Source: an uncultured Pseudomonadota bacterium
Lineage (GTDB): Bacteria > Oederibacteriota > Muellerivitia > Muellerivitales > Muellerivitaceae
Direction of reading: 5' to 3'
Length of the DNA: 64,000 bases
Assembly (NCBI GenBank): GCA_963770835.1
Contig: CAVYRH010000011.1
Coordinates: 247,753 to 311,752 of the forward strand
A model generated the notes under the pieces. It saw nothing but the letters and a program-made list of their open reading frames with translations. It did no database searches and was not told the origin of the DNA. How positions within the stretch are numbered: position 1 is the stretch's first letter; each line of letters starts with the position of its first letter. The position numbers and the translations under genes are program-made. Shown in pieces: positions 59,788 through 64,000 of the stretch.

Positions 59788-60885
59788 CTAATTGGATGGC
59801 GTGCTGGAGTTTGAAGGCCCTGTCGGGTTTGAGGTGGCCCCCGGGGAAGACGGCTGGGCCGATTCATCGGTGGGAGCGGGTGCCGGTTTGGGCTTTTGTT
59901 TGGAACTGCGGGCCAATTGGGCCCTAAGCTTCTTATAATAATGTTTCGCCGATTTGGTGGTCGGGTCGATCGACAGCGCCTTTTTGTAATTCATCAAGGC
60001 TTTCTGGAGGTGGTCTGGCACCTTATGGGCATGGAACTGCCAAATCACGCCAATCGTGGCGTAAGTTTCAGCATACTTATATGGGTGCTTGTGTTTTTCT
60101 TTCAATGTCAGGGATTTTTTAAGGGCTTTCAGGGCCAAAGGATAATTGCCTGCCAGGAAGGCATCCATCCCAATTTTGTAGAATTTCTTGCTCTGCACCA
60201 AAGTCGTCACGGGAGCCTGTGAAATCACGGGCGTGGGCGTCGGTTCCGTTAAAAACAGGGTTCCCGCTGTGGGAGTTGTGGTGGGAATAAGACTGGCGAC
60301 GGATACAGTCGCTGGAGCTGTTGGTGTAGGAGTGACGGTCGTAACCGGTTTTGCCGGTTCTTGGTGCTGAATCTCTATCGAATAACTCAAGCCGGCTCGG
60401 AAATCCACATATTGAAAATTACCCGGTGATTGGATCCAGTGGCTGCCCGCGGCCAGGTCAAGGAACAAAGGCCCAATGAAAGAAACACGGCTGCCCAGCC
60501 CGGCCTTTAACTGGGTACCGCCCCCCGTCGAAAGGCCGAGGCCGGCACCACCGTAAAGATAGGGTGAAAACTTATCCTTCCCGTTTTGAAAGGGGAAAAC
60601 CCTTCCTTCGAAATTCAGTGCCTGGAAAGTAAAACTTTGGCTGCCGTAAAAAGTTGCCTGCTCAAAACTCAAACCCAAGGAAGCGTAATTGGAAGGGTTC
60701 CATTCTCCCAAAACATCAAACCCCAGGGCGTCGGTCGTGGCGGAAGCCAAACCCAAAGGTTGGACGGGGCTGCCATAGAGGCCGAAAAAGGTCAGGGAGA
60801 GGGGAGGCGTTTCCGCCCGTACTGGCCCAAATATCAATAGGCAGAGGAACAGTTTCCACCCATGTTTCAAAAGGGCCAAAATCAA
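59788..60885 (-). CDS. Predicted outer-membrane beta-barrel + Pro/Thr linker + TPR protein
   Basis: Signal peptide; amphipathic strands (FSPYLYGGAGLG, DFRAGLSYSI); TPTPT linker; TPR-like helices. Confidence 0.65.
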   Translation of the reverse strand: MILALLKHGWKLFLCLLIFGPVRAETPPLSLTFFGLYGSPVQPLGLASATTDALGFDVLGEWNPSNYASLGLSFEQATFYGSQSFTFQALNFEGRVFPFQNGKDKFSPYLYGGAGLGLSTGGGTQLKAGLGSRVSFIGPLFLDLAAGSHWIQSPGNFQYVDFRAGLSYSIEIQHQEPAKPVTTVTPTPTAPATVSVASLIPTTTPTAGTLFLTEPTPTPVISQAPVTTLVQSKKFYKIGMDAFLAGNYPLALKALKKSLTLKEKHKHPYKYAETYATIGVIWQFHAHKVPDHLQKALMNYKKALSIDPTTKSAKHYYKKLRAQLARSSKQKPKPAPAPTDESAQPSSPGATSNPTGPSNSSTPSN

Positions 60886-61454
60886 TCCTTCCGGTTACGG
60901 TATTTGTAGACTTGCTTGATGTGCCTTCTTGCCGTCTGGTTGTGGGGTTCATATTTAAGCGCGGCCTTGTAATACCGGTATGCGCGGCCTAGGTGAATGA
61001 TGTGGTATTGGTAGATGATTCCCAGCATGGCGTTCGCTTCCGCGTAATAAAACTTCGGCGTATAGGGGTCGTCTTTGACTTCCAAGGCATTCTTAAGGTA
61101 ACGGACGGCCGTATCGTAATCTTTATCGTCGTAGTATTTGATGCCGGCTTCATACTTATCCTTCATCTTAACGGTTCCCTGGACTTCAAACACCGCCGGG
61201 GTTGGCGTTTCGGCGGTCTGGTTGGTGGGCTGAGAATTGTCTTCCACTTCGATATCTTCCGATGCCGGCGTGGGGGTAGCCACGGGGGTGGGTGCGGCTA
61301 CGGGGGCTTTTTGAACGGGCACTGGCACGGGAGTCGGTTTGCCCGTATCTCCCAAATCAATTTCGGTGTCCCCGAAGGCCTTCATCCCGGTCCCGAACAA
61401 GGCTAATCCAAGGGCAAAAACTGCCACCCGCAAGCCATTTCCGTGCTTTTTCAC
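60882..61454 (-). CDS. Secreted Pro/Thr-rich TPR protein
   Basis: Signal peptide, PTPVPVP/TPTP linker, two TPR-like repeats; GGAGG RBS. Confidence 0.7.
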   Translation of the reverse strand: MKKHGNGLRVAVFALGLALFGTGMKAFGDTEIDLGDTGKPTPVPVPVQKAPVAAPTPVATPTPASEDIEVEDNSQPTNQTAETPTPAVFEVQGTVKMKDKYEAGIKYYDDKDYDTAVRYLKNALEVKDDPYTPKFYYAEANAMLGIIYQYHIIHLGRAYRYYKAALKYEPHNQTARRHIKQVYKYRNRKD

Positions 61455-61530
61455 GCCTTACCTCCTGGAATGCTAGAAGTTTACCAAGATTTTCAAAGCT
61501 TGTGCCCAAAAATATAAGCGAAACAGGCCC

Positions 61531-62835
61531 TCATTTCGCTTCGGCCGCTTCCGTCAAACTCTCCGAAAGGGTTTTGACAATCTTTTTCAAGTGGTCCTTG
61601 ATCAGGACCGATGAGAAAAACCAAGCTTCGAACTGGGAAGGAGGGATATAAACGCCCCGGCGTGCCATTGCCCAGAAGAACGCGGCATATTTCTTACGGT
61701 TGCTGTCCTTGGCCTGTTCGTAATTTTCAACAGGATGGGAGCAAAAGAATAAAGTGCCCATACTGCCAACTCGTTGGAAAATCGCAGCTTCACCGACATT
61801 TTGAATCGCCCGCTTGGTTCCTTCTTCCACGAACGCGGCGCTTTCCTCCAAGTGCCGGTAAATAGCCGGGTCACTTAGTTTTTTAAGCGTCGCAATGCCC
61901 GCCGCCATCGCCACCGGGTTGCCTGAAAGGGTGCCGGCCTGGTAAACGGGCCCTTCCGGCGCCACTTGAGACATCAACTCTTGCCGCCCCCCATAAGCAC
62001 CCACTGCCATCCCCCCACCGATGATCTTGCCAAGGGTAGTCAAATCGGGTTTGATGCCATAAAGCTCCTGAGCGCCGCCGAAAGCCACCCGAAAACCGGT
62101 CATGACTTCGTCGAAGATGAGCAATGCCTGGTGCTGGGAGGTTAACTCGCGCAGGCCCTGAAGAAAACCCGGCTTCGGAGGGACCAGTCCCATGTTGCCG
62201 GCGACCGGCTCCACAATGACCGCCGCGATATCGTTGTACTTGGAAAAGACGGCTCTCACCGCTTCCAGGTCGTTATAGGGCAGACTTAAGGTTAACGAGG
62301 CGAATTCCTCAGGTACACCGGGACTATCCGGTAATCCCAGGGTCGCTGCCCCGCTTCCTGCGGCCACGAGGAGGCTGTCCCCGTGCCCGTGATAACAGCC
62401 GTCGAATTTAATAATCCGCTTTTTTTGAGTGGCCGCCCGGGCCAGCCTTAAAACGCTCAAAACGGCCTCAGTACCGGAGCTGACAAAGCGAATCTTATCG
62501 ATGGTGGGGAACGCCCTTTTGACCAGGATGGCCAATTGGGTTTCCAAAGGAGAGGGAGCGCCGAAGGTAAACCCCTTTCTCAAAACCCGCCGGACAAGGT
62601 TGAGTACCGAAGTATCCGCGTGCCCCAGGATTAACGGCCCCCAGGAGCCCACCAAATCCAGGTAGCGGTTTCCATCCACGTCGATCAGGTAGGGGCCCTT
62701 CCCCCGGGAAAAGAAAATCGGCGTGCCGCCGACGCTTTTAAAAGCCCGGACCGGGCTGTTGACCCCTCCGACGAGGTGTTTTTGCGCGATTTGAAATTGT
62801 TTTTTGGATTGGTCGGTTTTGAAGGATTTGGGCAT
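61531..62835 (-). CDS. hemL: Glutamate-1-semialdehyde aminotransferase
   Basis: GGVNSPVRAF, SSGTEA, DEVMTGFR, GKIIGGG, YQAGTLSGNP, PSQFE. Confidence 0.97.
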   Translation of the reverse strand: MPKSFKTDQSKKQFQIAQKHLVGGVNSPVRAFKSVGGTPIFFSRGKGPYLIDVDGNRYLDLVGSWGPLILGHADTSVLNLVRRVLRKGFTFGAPSPLETQLAILVKRAFPTIDKIRFVSSGTEAVLSVLRLARAATQKKRIIKFDGCYHGHGDSLLVAAGSGAATLGLPDSPGVPEEFASLTLSLPYNDLEAVRAVFSKYNDIAAVIVEPVAGNMGLVPPKPGFLQGLRELTSQHQALLIFDEVMTGFRVAFGGAQELYGIKPDLTTLGKIIGGGMAVGAYGGRQELMSQVAPEGPVYQAGTLSGNPVAMAAGIATLKKLSDPAIYRHLEESAAFVEEGTKRAIQNVGEAAIFQRVGSMGTLFFCSHPVENYEQAKDSNRKKYAAFFWAMARRGVYIPPSQFEAWFFSSVLIKDHLKKIVKTLSESLTEAAEAK

Positions 62836-62845
62836 AAATTTCCGT

Positions 62846-63817
62846 TTATTTAAACAACTTTGCCGCTTCTTTGGACCAGTAAGTGATGATACGGTCCGCT
62901 CCGGCCCGCTTGATGGCTAAAAGGCTTTCAGCCATGGCCGCTTCCTCGTTAAGCCAGCCCATCTTCCCCGCCGCCATGACCATGGCGTATTCCCCTGAAA
63001 CATGGTAGGCCCAAAGGGGTAACTGGAAACGCCATCGGGCTTTGGCGATGATATCCAAGGCCGTCAGGGCGGGTTTGACCATGACTACATCGGCGCCTTC
63101 CTCAATGTCCAGTTGGATTTCCCTCATGGCTTCCCTCGAATTGGAAGCCGGCATCTGGTAGGTTTTCCGGTCACCGAAATCGGGTGCTGAATCAGCCGCG
63201 TCCCGGAAAGGGCCGTAAAAACAGGTGGAAAACTTAGCCGCGTAACTCAGGATAGGCGTCATGGAAAAACCTTTTTGGTCGAGGGCTTTACGGATAGCCC
63301 GGATTCGTCCATCCATCATGTCGGAAGGCGCCACCATATCCGCGCCAGCCTGGGCGTGGGAGAGGGCGATTTTCTCAAGGAGTCCCAACGTCGCGTCATT
63401 GTCCACCTCGCCTTGCGCGACAATTCCACAATGGCCATGGGAGGTGTATTCACAGGCACAGACATCAGTAATGACCGCCAAATCCGGAAGTTCTTTTTTG
63501 AGGAGCTTTACGGCTTTTTGAACCACTCCCTTGGGGTTATAGGCTTCTTTTCCTACGGCATCTTTCTTTTTGGGAACGCCAAATAAAAGCAACGCTTGGA
63601 TTCCAAGGCGATGGGCCGCTGTGGCTTCCCGCACCAATGAAGAAAAATTATGCCGCATGACACCCGGCATTGAAGAAACGGTCTCCGGTGATTTCAGGCC
63701 TTCAGCGATAAAGAGCGGAAGAATGAAATCGGCGGGAGCTAAACGGGTTTCCTCGAACAAGCGCCGAAGAGTCTTGGTTTTTCGGTAACGTCGCATGCGT
63801 TGAATGGGAAAAGACAT
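62846..63817 (-). CDS. hemB: Porphobilinogen synthase (Zn-type)
   Basis: DVCACEYTSHGHCG, APSDMMDGR, FYGPFRDA, MVKPA, VSGEY. Confidence 0.97.
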   Translation of the reverse strand: MSFPIQRMRRYRKTKTLRRLFEETRLAPADFILPLFIAEGLKSPETVSSMPGVMRHNFSSLVREATAAHRLGIQALLLFGVPKKKDAVGKEAYNPKGVVQKAVKLLKKELPDLAVITDVCACEYTSHGHCGIVAQGEVDNDATLGLLEKIALSHAQAGADMVAPSDMMDGRIRAIRKALDQKGFSMTPILSYAAKFSTCFYGPFRDAADSAPDFGDRKTYQMPASNSREAMREIQLDIEEGADVVMVKPALTALDIIAKARWRFQLPLWAYHVSGEYAMVMAAGKMGWLNEEAAMAESLLAIKRAGADRIITYWSKEAAKLFK

Positions 63818-63840
63818 TCCTTTTTTCCTTTTTTCATAAA

Positions 63841-63875
63841 TTCCCCACTTTGAAAAAGGGGGGACAGGGGGGATT
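63841..63875 (-). repeat. GC-rich palindromic element flanking the DUF559 gene
   Basis: Minus strand ATCCCCCCTGTCCCCCCTTTTTCAAAGTGGGGAA directly after the stop codon. Confidence 0.6.
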
Positions 63876-64000
63876 TAGGTTTTTCTTACGGCCGAAAGAA
63901 TCACTTCCATAACCGCTTCAGTATCCTTTAACACCTGTAAGTTGTCAAAGCGAAGTACTTTTAATCCTTTTTTGTTCAAATAGCCGTCTCGTTCAACATC
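63875..64000 (-). CDS. DUF559/Vsr-like endonuclease, C-terminal fragment (window edge)
   Basis: Hand translation DVERDGYLNKKGLKVLRFDNLQVLKDTEAVMEVILSAVRKT*. Confidence 0.8.
   Translation of the reverse strand, partial: DVERDGYLNKKGLKVLRFDNLQVLKDTEAVMEVILSAVRKT

Noticed and set aside
1..64000. tRNA, rRNA, CRISPR array, prophage or IS; taxonomic assignment
   Set aside because: None seen in intergenic regions or ORFs; the phylum cannot be fixed without marker-gene searches

Overview
Gene-dense core chromosome of a diderm (BamA/TamB/Lol-encoding) bacterium, read with the standard genetic code. Main blocks: ppiD-like (partial); yceD-rpmF-plsX-fabH-fabD-fabG-acpP-fabF-rnc-DUF4321-maf; recG-rsmD-coaD; rpmB; tsaC-ywlE-rpiB; a purine cluster (purB-S-Q-L-F, purM-N-H-D) interrupted by a GGDEF gene and two O-antigen-ligase/TPR paralogs; prfB (+1 programmed frameshift)-lysS-lolC/E-lolD-mcsA-mcsB-clpC-tamB-like-bamA-surE-nfu; pheT-zapB-like-zapA; glgP; 6S RNA-rarA-ygfA-ymdB; two exported TPR proteins; hemB-hemL; and the tail of a DUF559 gene with its flanking palindrome. 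I saw no tRNA, rRNA, CRISPR array or transposase. Several single-base indels (DUF4321, purL, clpC, and many in the 3' third of the tamB-like gene) look like assembly errors. Most notable observations: (1) a tandem WaaL/O-OTase-like pair in which one copy has lost all three apparent catalytic residues (Arg/Arg/His), a candidate enzyme plus pseudoenzyme pair; (2) a TamB-like protein with a C-terminal fibronectin-III-like domain that the ORF track misses; (3) a complete protein-arginine phosphorylation set in a diderm with no adjacent ctsR; (4) an elongated ZapA behind a stand-alone pheT with a DnaA box; (5) a paralogous beta-barrel-TPR / secreted-TPR pair. All calls come from reading motifs by eye; no searches were run.
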